From: Octopus vulgaris
Taxonomy: Eukaryota
Direction of reading: 5' to 3'
Length of the DNA: 64,000 nucleotides
Assembly (NCBI GenBank): GCA_951406725.2
Contig: OX597822.1
Location: 5,208,001-5,272,000, forward strand
The notes under the pieces are model-generated. The model ran no database searches. It saw nothing but the letters and a program-made list of their open reading frames with translations, and had not been told where the DNA came from. The position numbers and the translations under genes are program-made. This document shows, in pieces, positions 24,065 through 37,951 of this stretch; position 1 is the stretch's first letter; each line of letters starts with the position of its first letter.

Positions 24065-24240
24065 TACCTTGGCACAAGGCCAGCAAATTTTTGAGGAATG
24101 GAGAGATCAATGATGTTGACCCCCAGTGCTCTACTGATATTTTTTTATTGAGTCTGTAGAAATAAAAGGTAAAGTCAACCTTGGTGGAATTTGACCTCAC
24201 AAATGTAAAGACAAATGAATTCTGCTCGTTTGCCACCTTA
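24065..24240 (-). mobile_element. SINE-A with internal deletion
   Basis: TTGGCACAAGGCCAGCAAATTT..AAAGTCAACCTTGGTGGAATTTGACC. Confidence 0.75.
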
Positions 24241-24332
24241 AATCAGTCAAAACATCAATAAAACAAGGCATTTCCCTTCAAATGCAGCAGTTCTCACCTC
24301 ACGCTGGTATAAATATACACACATTATATACT

Positions 24333-24670
24333 CATGGCTCAGTGGTTAAAGCGTCGGGCTCACAATCATGAGGTAGTGAGTTCTATTCCCAGACAAGGCT
24401 GTGAGTTGTGTTCTTGAGTCAGACACTTTATTTCATGTTGTTCCAGTTCACTCAGCTGCAGAAATGAGTTGTGAAGTCACCAGTGCCATGTTCTGTGGGC
24501 CTGCCTTTCCCTTGGTTAACATTGGTGACATGGAGAGGGGAGGTTGGTATGCGTGGGTGACTGCTGGTCTTACATAAACAACATTGCTTGGACTTGTGCC
24601 TTGGAGGGGAAGTTTCTAGGTGCAATCCCATGGTCATTCATGACTAAAAGAGGGGGTGTCTTTACCCCCT
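24333..24670 (+). mobile_element. tRNA-derived CORE-like SINE (family F)
   Basis: A-box TGGCTCAGTGGTTAAAGCG, B-box GAGTTCTATTCCC and CORE-like GTGTTCTTGAG..CACTTTA. Related heads at ~37995 and ~52115. Confidence 0.75.
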
Positions 24671-25774
24671 ATACTCACGCACACATGCATGCAAGTACAA
24701 CTGACAACCTTTGACACAATTTCCGTATATGAAATTTTACCCACAAGGTATAGGCCAAGACTGTGTTAGACAAGATTTTCCTTACAGCACCATGTTGTCA
24801 AATCCGATGTGGAGTGATGTGATTATGAAGTAGACTTTTTAACTATAAGGTCGTACCTGCTCCAACATTAAGTTCTCACATATACAGAGCAAATTTGAGA
24901 GGAAGGGTCCTAGTTATTTAAATTAGTGGTTTCTGCTGCTGGATGACCTTTCTAATGCCAACCACTTTACAGAGTGTCCTGAGAGCTTTTTACAAAGCAC
25001 TAGCACCAGCAGGATAACCAAATAAAATGCAAGAAACCATCCTCACCCCCACCTTCAACTGAGAGAGGAATAGAAATAGATGTCTTAGAGGAGATACATG
25101 ACTACCTCAGTTGGAAAAGGAAAGAGAAAGAGAGAAACTGGTGAAGATGTGTGAGGGCATATATGTCGCAGTTTTCACCTTACATGCTTTAATGTTATTA
25201 TTAAAGTCTAGTGGTTTGTAAATTATTTTGTAACTTAATAATTGTATAGTGATGTTATCACTAATATATGAGACTATATTTCTATTTTATTTATCCATGA
25301 TATCAAATAATTAAATGTATATATTCATAGATTATGATTCTGCATAGGTTCTGCATACTTTCATTACTGATCCTGGTAAGATTTGAGCTCAGAGACTTCT
25401 ACATACAACACTTAATACAGTAATTTTTACTGATTCTATCAATCATTGGTCCAAGATCTACAAGGATATACATGACTGGATCAAGGCCAGAGATGGCGCA
25501 GTTAATTTAATAATCCCTGTTACTGATTGGTAATTATTTTATTGTTCCTGGAAGAATGAAAAGTAAAGTTAACCTTAGCAGGGTTTGAAATCAGAATAAG
25601 GATGTTAATGATGATAATAATAATAATTTCTGAGATGGGTAGAAGTTAACTAATTTAGGAGAGTAATGTTTTTGCCTCTCTGTCACACTCTAATCTTTCA
25701 TCATCTGACACAAGATCACCTTCTCCAATGCCCCTCCCCTCTCAAAATTTCTTGTCTTGCAAGTTACTTGATGA

Positions 25775-25987
25775 CCCAACTGGTGCTGGTGCCACATAAA
25801 AAGCATCCAATCCACACTGTGCAGTGGTTGGCATTTGGAAGGGCATCCAGCCATAAAAACCATGCCAAAACAGACCAAGTAGTCTGGTGCAGGCTCCTGT
25901 CTGGCTGGCTCCTGTCAAACTGTCCAACCCATGCCAACATGGAAGACAGACATTAAATGGTGATGATGATGATGATGATGATGATGA
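25775..25987 (+). mobile_element. RTE 3'-UTR element with (GAT)n tail
   Basis: GTGGTTGGCATTTGGAAGGGCATCCAGCC..GTCCAACCCATGCCAACATGGAA..TTAAATGGTGATGATG. Confidence 0.8.
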
Positions 25988-25999
25988 ATGCAGTCGATA

Positions 26000-26325
26000 A
26001 ATTGGTTTCAAACTTTGGCACAAGGTTAGCAAGCTCAAGAGAAGGGAGTATGTCAATTACATCAACTCTAGTGCTCAACTGGTACTTATCGACTCCCCAA
26101 AAGGATGAAAAGCAAGGTCAACCTTGGCATAATTTGAACTCTGAACATCAAGACATACAATGGTTCTGCCAGTTCACCGCCTTACGTAGTCCATATATTG
26201 ACTGCATTACTTACTTATTTCACAATTCTTAGAAGAGTGAAAGGCAAAGTTCAGCCTCAGGGTGGTATGAACACAGAATCGAAAGTGTTTTAACTAAACA
26301 AACAAAACCAGGCATTTTGTCTGCT
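26000..26325 (-). mobile_element. Two partial SINE-A copies
   Basis: TTGGCACAAGG..ACTGGTACTT..AAGGTCAACCTTGGCATAATTTGAAC, followed by a second GTGAAAGGCAAAGTT copy. Confidence 0.7.
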
Positions 26326-26589
26326 ATTACATCAATAATAATAATGCAACAAGACTAACTGTAATAATAATTGCATTAAGTTTAATAAACATAAAACAGA
26401 AAATAAATTTGTTACTTCAATTTTTGAAAGAAAAGAAAAAACAAACAAACATTATTAATGTTGGAAAAAGATATTATTCATTGTTTCAATAATGAAAAGA
26501 CAAATAAAAGAACGTTAAATAACAGAGCAAGTTATCACAGATAGTTTTATCATATTTACCCCAACAATGTTAGAATACCCTGAAGGAAG

Positions 26590-26623
<34 letters not shown>

Positions 26624-26936
26624 TTATTTATGCAAAAACATTTAAAATACTTGCACATATTCACAGACCTTTAAAGTATTTAGTCACATGTACCTTTACA
26701 CACACACTTTTAATGAGAAAATGTAAACAAGTTACAGTATTAATGGTGAAAATTTTATAATTGTATTAGTTCTTAATCAGAATAGTAAAATTTACATATG
26801 AAAATTTTTTTAAAATTAATTTTCTAAATTATCCTAGTAGTTTAGTTTTGGACATAAAGTTTAGTTTTCAGTCGTGATGTTTAAATTTTGAAACCTTTTA
26901 AATTTATTTATTAAAATAACAAAAGCAAACCATATA

Positions 26937-27325
26937 GACGCAGGCGTGGCTGTGTGGTAAGTAGCTTGCTAACCAGCCACATGGTTCCGGGTTCAGTCCC
27001 ACTGCGTGGCATCTTGGGCAAGTGTCTTCTGCTATAGCCTCGGGCCGACCAATGCCTTGTGAGTGGATTTGGTAGACGGAAACTGAAAGAAGCCTGTCGT
27101 ATATATGTATATATATATGTATATGTGTGTGTTTGTGTGTCTGTGCTTGACAACCGATGCTGGTGTGTTTACATCCCCGTCACTTAGCGGTTCGGCAAAA
27201 GAGACCGATAGAATAAGTACTGGGCTTACAAAGAATAAGTCCTGGGGTCGATTTGCTCGACTAAAGGCGGTGCTCCAGCATGGCCGCAGTCAAATGACTG
27301 AAACAAGTAAAAGAGTAAAAGAGTA
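26937..27325 (+). mobile_element. SINE-B, CpG-rich and probably young full-length copy
   Basis: tRNA-like head TGGCTGTGTGGTAAG..GGGTTCAGTCCC, CORE-like CTTGGGCAAGTGTCTT, internal TA/TG microsatellite and tail (GTAAAAGA)2. Confidence 0.9.
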
Positions 27326-27369
27326 TATAAATCAATTTCTTTTTTCTATTTGGCAATGTCAGTCTATAT

Positions 27370-27721
27370 CTATGATTCTCAAATGGAGCCCATATGACCC
27401 ATGGAGGGAGGGGATCCACAGAGGTGTTTTAAGGGTCCTTGAAAAAAAAATTTGCTTTACACATATTTCTTGCAAGAAACAGCTAGGTTTCTTTCTCTAA
27501 TGTTGTACATAGTTCAACATGTTTCTGGCTACTGAAACATCTTTTCTCATAGACTACTAAGTGCAAATGAACATGTGAAATGAACGTGTGAAAAATGAAA
27601 TAGGAATTTTTGAAAGAAGTCTCCATTAAACTAGTACTCAGAAGTCAAATGGTTATGGGGGACAGGGTCCCAATAATAAAATAGTAACATATATAGGTCA
27701 GAAAATAACTGAGAACCACTT
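27370..27721. mobile_element. hAT (Charlie-like) MITE
   Basis: Termini CTATGATTCTCAA / TGAGAACCACTT; 8-bp TSD GTCTATAT (27362-27369) / GTCTGTAT (27722-27729). Termini similar to 61895-62382. Confidence 0.65.
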
Positions 27722-27792
27722 GTCTGTATCATTCTCAGCATTGTAATTATAATGTAAAATTTTAAAAATTATCTAAATGCTATTTAGTCTTA

Positions 27793-27995
27793 GCCCTTTT
27801 GGTACCAACCTCCTGAGGCTACCTTTGTTTCAATAATAGGAACTTCTAGCTTTATAGTGATCTAAATTCAAGCTCTCAAATATCAAATTTTATGCTAATT
27901 TATGATTTTAACACCTACTTAATAATAACAAAATTATTTTACTAATTCTGCATTATTTTCAAAATTAACAGAAATATGATAACTAAAAGATGAAA
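27793..27995. mobile_element. piggyBac-like MITE, family E, degenerate
   Basis: TTAG-CCCTTTTGGTACCAACC.. body similar to 44064-44278 and 58711-59131. Confidence 0.6.
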
Positions 27996-29867
27996 CTTTT
28001 CTCTCACTACCACATATAAGTCTCCAAAACTATACATGTACATATGAGATTTTCCTTACATTTATTGGCAGAAAATTTGGTGCTTAAAACAAGGTAACAA
28101 CAAGCAAACATTTAATATAAAACCACATTCATAAGGGTAAAGCAAAGTAGTATAATATGATAGGCTGTGAATTGACAGAATCATTAGAGCATCAGATGGA
28201 ATGCTTTGACATTCTGTGTTCAATTCTTGCCAAGGTAAAGTTTTCAAGGTTGGTAATATAAAGTACCAAATCAGGTTAGTGGATTGGCAGAATTGGAATT
28301 CGAACCAGCACTTGACATTCTGTGTTCAAATCCTGCCATGGCCTATTTAGGTGGAAAATGTAATCTATTAGTCAGTTCATAACCATTATCTAGTATCTTG
28401 GGTGCTTTCAGCAGAATCTGTTCTGTTTAAAGCATTTGAGTCAAGTCTTCAGACTAAGGATATCTTCCTCCCTCTATCTCTGAGTCGACCAAATACTTTT
28501 TCTTTTGGAGACCTTGTAATGGTCATAGACACTGCTCTCCCTTCAGACTAAAAAGATTTTTTTTTTAAATAATAGAAACGTTATACACTGAAAAGAGAGA
28601 CAGATGAAGATGAAATATAAAAATAAAAAATTTAAAAAAAAATTGAAGTATCCAGGGTCAAAAAACCTATAGCAAATAAATCAAAACTAGAAAAGCGATC
28701 TCTGTGTATGCAGTGCAGCAACTACAAAATATTGCTATTGAGTTTTACATTCTTGCTTTTTCAATGTTTTTAAATCTTGTTTACTATGCAGCAGCAGTTT
28801 TGAAAGTTGGTAACTTTGTCATTCCTGCATTGATTATTGGAGCTTATTCTCAGTTTTTGCTTAGTTTTTAACCTCCAGGAAGACTTTACTAATACTGACC
28901 ACTCATCTGTGAAGTGGAAGTAGTACCCATTTTCAACTAAGTTGACTGAATGAAATAAAGTGCCTTAACCAGAAACAGAAGACAATGGCTGTCAAAGAAT
29001 TTGAACACATGAATTTGCAATCAGCTATCTGGCATCCAATACATATACATAGATCTGTAAAAGCTGCAACTATGGAAGAATATAATGAAAATTAATTTTC
29101 TGAATAAAAGAGATTGGCAGGATAAATGGGAAATGTCTTATTCTCAAAGTCAACCAGTGTGAAATTCAAAGCTGTAGGAGGATGGGGAGCAAAGGCAGAA
29201 AAGAGAAAAAGACAAACGATACAGAATGAAAAAGAAAGAGAAAAAGAGAAAGAAAAGGAATCAGTGAACAACTTGCCATGGGTTTCGAAAAAGATATTGA
29301 ATTAAAGCCAGGTCATGAAAAGAAGTTTGATCATATTTTATATCTAACAAAGTATTTAACCAGAGGCAGAAGTGAATGCATGTGATGAGGAAATATAGAA
29401 AGAACATTGAGGTTACTGGAGTAATCTTCAATGTAATATCTTCAAAGACAATATATATGAAACAGACAATAAATATCTTTTTTATCTTTCTTGGCCTGAA
29501 TAAAAAGAGAAGATATTTTAGCACCTGTAGACCATATTGCCATATAAAAATACTAGAAATCAGTAAAGAGAGGACAAAAATTAATGAGGTAAGCAGGGAT
29601 AAGATGCTTTTCATATCACGAGTGTGACTGTGACAGGTTGTTTGAGAAGGTTAATACTCTGTATTCACACCCTATTCTAACAGAAAAATAACTTTTACTC
29701 AATAAATATTCATGGTTAAAGGAAGGCTTAGAAATGGTCATGTGCACAGCACAAGGGAAACTAATTACCTTATTTTCAGCAATGCAATAATGCTTATAAC
29801 AGTAATGGGTAACCTTCCTTCTGTGAAGATTGCCTATAAACACAAATGTGCGTTATGCAAAATTATA

Positions 29868-30265
29868 GGTGCAAGCATGGCTATGTAGTTAAGAAATTTG
29901 CTTCCCGATCACATGATTTCTGGTTCAGTGCCATTGCATGGCACCTTGGGTGAGTAAGTGTCTTCTTCTATATCTCTGAGTCGACCAAATACTTGTAGGT
30001 GGATTTGATAGATAGAAACTAAAAGAAGCCTCTATGCATGTCAGTGCGTGTGCATTATGCACATGCTTGTGTTTCTTTGTTTTACATCACACAAATGTTT
30101 AAAATGAGTGTAACCATCAGATCTTTACTGCACACTTGCTTTTGAAATGTGTAGCCATGGGAAATATCACCAGGTGAAGATTGGCAACAAGAAGGACATA
30201 GAAAAAAAAACCTGTCTCAATGAATTACATCTGATGCATGCAAGTTTGAAAAAGTAGGCAGTGAA

Positions 30266-30310
<45 letters not shown>
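29868..30310 (+). mobile_element. SINE-B2: SINE-B head joined to an RTE-type tail ending in (GAT)n
   Basis: Head GGTGCAAGCATGGCT..GGTTCAGTGCCATTGCATGGCACCTTGGG; tail ATTGGCAACAAGAAGGACATAG..AAATGATGATG(n). Confidence 0.8.
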
Positions 30311-30312
<2 letters not shown>

Positions 30313-30434
30313 TACACAAAACAGTAGTAATAACTGTGTTGACTTCAATGATATCATATTTGATACTGTTCTCTCCCATTTCATTTCTGCAATATCAAAA
30401 ATAGTTCAAGTCTATCTGATATCTAGAAGATCAT

Positions 30435-30648
30435 AAGGCCAGAGCTTATTCTATTTTCCAAGGTGTACATGCAACTAAAAATGCAAGATTCTTCTGCTTG
30501 ATAGATACCATTCCACTGTAATTTAAGCTACTGCTTGTACTCATTCCATTTAATTAAACTTGTCTTGCTGAAATACACAATGCATAGCCTAGTCTGGGAA
30601 TCAAACCCATGATCACTGAGAGCTCAACATCTTAACCACTAGGCCTTG
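30435..30648 (-). mobile_element. Old degenerate tRNA/CORE-like SINE (similar remnant at ~28840-29040)
   Basis: Reverse-complement tRNA head GGGAATCAAACCC..CTTAACCACTAGGC preceded by TGTCTTGCTGAAATACACAATGC. Confidence 0.5.
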
Positions 30649-31379
30649 TACTTTATGTAACAGCAATACACAATGAAAAAGGATTTTAAAAAGGAAAATT
30701 CCCAAGGAAATTTTACAGGAAATATTCCAATAAATTTTATTTACAAACAATAAAATAGCAAAACACGAGAGAAAAAAATTTTCAATATTTCTCAAAAATG
30801 CAATAATCAAACTATGTTACTTGAAATATTGAAAATATTATTAAAAGCAGAAGACTACGTAACTAAACTCAATCCAATAGATTGGATAAAGTTTCTTTCC
30901 AAAAGACAATACATACATATACATGTATATATGTATATATACCTTAGAAAGAAGTACATATATAACTAGTTATACGTACACAAAATAAATACATACTCAA
31001 ACACATACATGCATACACATACATATGTACAACTACATCTATGCATAAAAACATACACATATATAAATATAATACACAGACTATACAATTGTGTGTACAT
31101 GTTTATGTGTGTGTCTGTCTCCCTCACTTTCATCCTCTCTCTCCCTCATATAAATTTATAGGAATCTAAAAATTTCATCAACTGTTATTCTAAGTTTCAC
31201 ATTTCTGACTGAAAACACGAACTCAGAGTAATGATTAGCGAAGTCAGTTTTTAATAAATACAAAACTCCATGTCTTGTTTTGAGTACTCACATTTCTCCT
31301 TGTTTGCAAAATTCGATGTGTCATAGAAAACACATACATTTCATACATTTCTACACATGAATATTTATAAACAAACATG

Positions 31380-31413
<34 letters not shown>

Positions 31414-32834
31414 ACTGGATACACATACACACACAGTTAAATAAATAGAGATATGTTATCTGATGGAAGTATTAGCAAACAAATAGTGGTAAAAAAAGAG
31501 AGAAAATCTATGACTACAACTTCAAGATCTATGTGTATGTGAGTGGCCTGTGTATGTGTGTATTGAGAGAGAGAGAGGCTGTTAAAATATCAGTATTTCC
31601 AATAACCAATAGATACTCTACACATTTTAATGGTATATAGAAGAAAAAATTCAACTATTAAAAAGCCAAAAAATATAAACAAAATTATCCAAATATCATT
31701 AATATTGCATTCTTATTGGATTCCTCGTCCCAGATCTCAAATGTAAATTGAATCCAACTGCACTCCCCATGTTGCCAGGGAAACTTGAGATAAAGAGTAG
31801 AATTAACAAACACATATATAAATGAATATATTATTATATGCAAACAAACAAGGTACTTTTGTTTTGGTTCCTATATTGATCCATATTTCCAGGTTTATTC
31901 CATTCCATATTCTACCACACATAAGTTGTTCAACTCCAGAGGTAAAGAAATAAGATAAGAAATCTCTTAACCTCAGTCAAGAATCATTAAAGGCTATGAA
32001 AGGCAATACAGTAGTTTAGCAGTAAAACACTATTCTAAATTGAATGCTTTTCACTCAGTAAATATCTGAATTCCGGTTATTATTTACTGCTTAACATCCA
32101 TTCTCCTAGGACAACACAGTATGGATGATTATTCCGTATTTAAACATTTACACATTTTTGAAACTACTTTTCTTTCCTGAACAAATATCTATGCTTTTGG
32201 AGTGGAACCTATCATCATCCAAATAACCTGAAGAAAATAAAACTGGCTAAACATATGCCTTCTTCAGGAACACAATATATAATGTAAGGTTTCAAATGAT
32301 AATCATAAAGTCAATAGATTAACATCATGATCACATAACCCTTATCTTTTAAATCTTTTATTATATTTAGATGACGCATTAACACATAAATGAGTATGAC
32401 AAAATCTTTATGCTATTATGAATATTCAAAATACATGGGTTAGAAAAATATCAGAATAATAGATGGGTAGAAATGTACCAACTTGGATTTATTGATACAT
32501 TTTTCTTCATAAATACATGATTTTAAACGAAAAAAAACATTTTTGATTGTTTAAGTTAGAAAGAGAAGGGCAACTCACACAACCTTTTGCAAGTTCTTCC
32601 TCTCTTTCTTTCCACTTTCTGAGACAATAGAAGGACAGAGAAGAAGAAACCATGTGTCCTATAGTAGTAAAACTGTTTGAACAAATCGAGTTATCTGCAG
32701 GCCAGAGATATGGTAAGCTAATATACCCAAAGGGAAAGAAGTTGGGGTTAAATGTTGTAGCAGATTAAAAGTGACACCCAAAAGTAAGTGCAGTCCATTT
32801 GATACAGTTTACTTCCACACAAATGCACTCTTAA

Positions 32835-33055
32835 CCCTTTAGCATTTAAACCGGCCATATCCGGCCAAAAGTATTCTGCTTGTTTTATGTTCAAATTGGC
32901 CAGATCTGGTCTCTCACACAAACCCTACAATATTGTTTTAAAAATTAACAGCTACCTCATCAAAATCTCATAACTACAAGATAATGCATCATTAGTTCAA
33001 AACAAAGTGGATGAAAAAGCATTAATTTTGGCAGAATAATGTGAACACTAAAGGG
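32835..33055. mobile_element. piggyBac-like MITE, family D
   Basis: TTAA TSDs at 32831-32834 and 33056-33059; TIRs CCCTTTAGCATT / AACACTAAAGGG. Confidence 0.85.
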
Positions 33056-34664
33056 TTAAGGCTCTGTTCAACCTAAACATTTGCTCAAGATATCAAGCAG
33101 AGGGATGAGGCCAAAAACCTGTAAAATGAACTTTTTAACCACATAATTATTCAGTAAATATAATGGAATTTTTAGCTACTTCCATTGATTTGTTCACATC
33201 ATAAAAGTACTAATTCTATAATTGCTGCCTTCAGTTTTATTGACAGCAGTCCTCACTTTTACATCAGTTGCCTTTACTTCCATTGACAGTAGCCGTCACT
33301 TTTTATTGAAAGTAAGCCAAGAGATTTTAAATGGAAGTTTCAGTCTTACTAGAATGATTACTCCATGGTAACTTGTATGGAAAAATACTCTTGTTTTCAA
33401 ATTAAAACCAAATCCAATGATTTTTCCTTCATATCTGAATGTATGAAATCACTTCTTTTCTTCTTTTTTTTTTTTTTCTAGTATGGTGTGAATTCTTGAG
33501 ATGTTTTCAATTGTAAATATTAAAAATGTTATCACATCTTGTTCAAGGCTTTGATAACAATTTACTATCCTTTGGTGAGTTCTCCAACCTAAAGATATGT
33601 AATACAATTTCAGTTTTTGAAATTTACCCCTCTACCACTTATTTTTAATCAGATTCCAGGTTTACTATATCTACTCTACTTAGTTCTTTCAGTCAAAAAA
33701 CAGGTTCAGGAATTATGATACATAGTTAAAAGAATGCTTTTAATGTGCTAAGGATTTGCAATGCAAGTAAAGTGAACAACTAGATGCAGACAACAAAATT
33801 ATGTCCTCAAATTTTAGCAAGTATACAAAATACTTTGAATTCCCAATAAAAACAAGATTCACTTAAGTAAGGAATTTCAAAGTCAGGAAAAGATTCCAGC
33901 AGATCAGTTCAGTTTTCTCTCCCATAGTTAGAGAAGATATGGCATCCGAGCAATATTGAAATACATTGGTGTATAGAAATGATAATTTCTTAACAAAACT
34001 GTATAAGTATATAATTATCCTCCAACTACAAAGTCATTCCTGCAATAAGCTAAAACCTTTTCACTACCTTAGAACAAGAAATTCAATAATTTATTCTCTA
34101 AAGATCCAGGCAACAAGGATATAACAACAATATCATCAAATCTTTCTCATATTGGTAAACTGTATTTTCCCTTTTCTTATTTTGCAAACATTCATTTCAT
34201 ATACATTAAGCATGTAATGTAGCAATACAACATGTACAAAAACATATTGATAAATAAATGGATCCATGAAGATAATACGAAATATGAAATCAAAATACAA
34301 CTGCAGAGAAGCTCAAGTAACAGCAATTTCTGCATCATTTACTGTTTCTGTGTGTATGTCAAAGTGAAGAGGAAGGAATACATAACTATATTATTTAACA
34401 TTTTTTTTTCTGTTAGATAAGAGGAATACAAACACTATATATTACATTCAATCAAAACATTCCTTTTATCTCCTGCATTACCCGAAATTCAACAACTAGT
34501 TGCAACATATGTTTTATGTATTTAAAAAACAACAACAGCAACAACGAAAAAGACGTATATAATAAATAACAAATGGAAAAGGCAATGTGGAATAAAAATT
34601 ACACTGAATAATTCAGACCTAGAAAACAGTTCTTTATAGTAATCCTTTCAAAAACAGTCCACAG

Positions 34665-34750
34665 CAATAATAATAATGATAATAATAATAATAATAATAA
34701 ATAATAATGATAATAAAAAATAATAATAATAATAATAATAATAAATAATG

Positions 34751-34790
<40 letters not shown>

Positions 34791-34814
34791 TAATAATAAT
34801 AATAATAATAATGA

Positions 34815-34846
<32 letters not shown>

Positions 34847-34847
34847 G

Positions 34848-34881
<34 letters not shown>

Positions 34882-34936
34882 TGAATAATAATAATAATAA
34901 TAATGATGATGATGATGATGATGATGATGAATGATG

Positions 34937-34982
<46 letters not shown>

Positions 34983-35003
34983 TAATAATAATGATAATAA
35001 TAA
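34665..35003. repeat. Long (AAT)n/(GAT)n microsatellite
   Basis: Direct reading. Confidence 0.95.
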
Positions 35004-37661
35004 TTCTTGCAATTTTATTTCTTTCAGTTTGAATGAGATGTATTTACATATTCTTGGTCATATTTTTAGTTGCCCAATGAATAAGAATGTAATATATAAT
35101 GACAGAATCTCAAAACCAATATCACTTCCTTCTCAGGTATAAAATGTACCTGTAGATGACAAAACTACTCAAGTTGAAAATTACTACACACAATATCTAA
35201 ACTTCAAGAACTACTTGCAAAATAAATAGCTTTATCCAGTTTACAAATCTCTCATTAACACACATATACACACACACACATGCATCAACTTAATTTATCA
35301 ATAGAGACATATTCCTGTAACAAGTTTCTATAGCATTCCTACCATAGGTCCTCAGATGACTTGCTACCTCTAATTTCATTTCATTATTTTTACTTTTTCT
35401 CTTTTTTTTTTTTATTAGACAAATGTAGCACATTATTTTCTTGAGAATTATGCAACAACAGCAGCTCCGCTTTTGAGCATTTCCCCAAAATTGATTTTTT
35501 ACTTTGGTAGTAGAAGAGTACACCTTTGGACATAGAGGGCAGCATAGTTCAGCAGCGGCTGTAAGAGCTGTATGCATATAAGCATATAGCTACAAATCAA
35601 TAGAGACTGCTATAGATCAGGAAAAAGTAATTCACTAATCAGCAGAAGTTCTAAAATTCTTTGGAACTTTTAGGTTTGCTGCCACAAAGCCTTCAGCCAA
35701 AAAAAGAAAAAAAAAAGGAATCCTTTTAATACTACTGTATAATTTATTTCAACTACAAAATATAGTGACTACTATTCATACTGAGTATGCCAGCGGAGAG
35801 GATGCAAATATATTCAATATTCCACTCATACCAGTAGTTGTACCCTTTTGATTTAGAAAACTTCAGTTTCCAAGTTGGCCTTAGATTTACCATGTCAGTT
35901 AATAGATTCCAAATGCAAAAAATATATGTTGCTGGAGTATGTTTTGAGGATCCTGCTTTGCTCTTGGCTACATTTATGAAGACATCCTCCATAATCTCTG
36001 CTGATAAAACCAAAAACATTTTTTTATCAAGAGATGCTGACATGAGTGTTTAGAATTCCCAAGGCTATGATGGTTACACAACTAATATCATATAAGCTGG
36101 GATCCAGTGTAATTCTTAATATCATTTCTTTATTGCTGCATGTTTTGCAGTTCCAATATTGGGATGTGTGGATTCCCTTCAGGCACTCCAGTTTCCACAA
36201 ATCATTTGATTTCCATAAGAGGTTCATCTCCCAGCACTCCTGTTTCTACTCATTTTTCAAATGATTTTAAAAATTAAAGAATTTTAAAAATAAATCATAA
36301 AAAAAAATAATATTTCAGAGTTGTACTTGTCTGGCAAGTGATTTGACCAGAGATCACATGTTAAAACTGAAGCAGCTACAACATGGAACAGCCATTCTAG
36401 TCATTTAGTAATACCCAAAGCTGTTAAATTCCTTTTAAACTAAAATCTATTTCACAATGTACCAAAATCTTCATTGCACAACTACAGCATGATCACTGAC
36501 ACAGTTGCAGTAAAATGGTGCCAACGACAAAGTCACAGTCCTGCATATTCAAAGCTTTGTGTGTTATTAAACGGTTCATCCATAAAGTAGATAAAATATT
36601 ATGTTCAATAATAGTTTCAAACAGAATAAAACTGTTTTTACTTACAATAAACCTTTTTTGTATACTTGAATTAGTTACATGTCAATTACATAATTAAAAC
36701 CCAAAACATACTATTAATATTGATCTGTAACTTCCAACACAGTGCACTACACACCAGACTGTTATGAACATAGTGGAAAAAACAATTTTATTTCTTACAT
36801 AGTAGATAAATTGTCAAGAGAAATCTAATAGTGTGTTAGTACACAGAAAATGCCTACGTGAAGAATCATTCCAGACCATTTATAGCTACTTTCCAGCCTG
36901 GTTTATGCCAAGTATTCCATAGTATATTTACATGGACTCTCTCCAGCAAGATAGTATATTAATAATAAAATTAATGCCAGTCAGAAGAAATTAAGTTTTT
37001 ATATACACATTCTGAAAGTATTCAAATTTCCGAAGGAAATGAAATGAAAATAACATATTTATGTCATTACATTTAAGAACTTTCTAGCGATTGAGAATAG
37101 TTATATATCTACGAAAGGTAGAAAGTTCAATTTCCTTAATATACAGAAAAGTAGGCTCATATGAGGGTTGCAAAGGGGCGATACAAATTGAATAATCTGA
37201 CATTTTAGGGTCAACTATGATAGTAATAAGAGACATGTTCAGCCTATTGTCTATGTATTCTGTTCCCTTTGATCTCCTTGAAAAAGATGTAATGTAATAA
37301 ATGAGAATGTAAACACTATTCTCGACCAAAATTAGTTAAGAAACCTAACAGCACTTCATCACACTTATCACATAACCAAATTGACTTATCAGCGGTGCCA
37401 ATCCTCTCTGATCAAATGGCACTTTGATGAGCACTTAACTTGACATTACTGTCATAGATGGCCCTAAAAAAGTCGCACGACTGCCATATACTATTCAATT
37501 TGCACCATACCCTTAGCAGAAGTATACACGTTCTCAAGTGCTTGACAAATTCTTGAATGTAATTATGTTTCTATCTTAATTTATTTTATTTCATTTGAAA
37601 ATTTGAAGACTTTCTCTACTGGTATATAAATAAATGAAAGAATAATTCCTTTATTTCTTTC

Positions 37662-37673
37662 ATTATTATTATA

Positions 37674-37705
<32 letters not shown>

Positions 37706-37867
37706 CATTATTATTATTATATTATCATCATTATTATTATCATTATTATTATTATATTATCATTATTATTATTATTATCATTATTATTATTATTATTATT
37801 ATCAATATTATTATTATCATTATTATTATCATCAATATTATTATTATTATCATCAATATTATTATTA

Positions 37868-37951
<84 letters not shown>

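Noticed and set aside
24333-24400. tRNA gene (also the heads at 26937, 37995 and 52115)
   Set aside because: A/B boxes run directly into SINE bodies; no clean cloverleaf or terminator.
34599-35142. Poly-L/I/Y/N ORFs, and the similar YI/CV/HT ORFs at 5595-5948, 37717-37994 and 63203-63984
   Set aside because: Translations of microsatellites.
35290-36264. Cluster of 66-96 aa ORFs on both strands
   Set aside because: No recognisable domain, overlapping frames with frequent stops, and no coherent exon structure.
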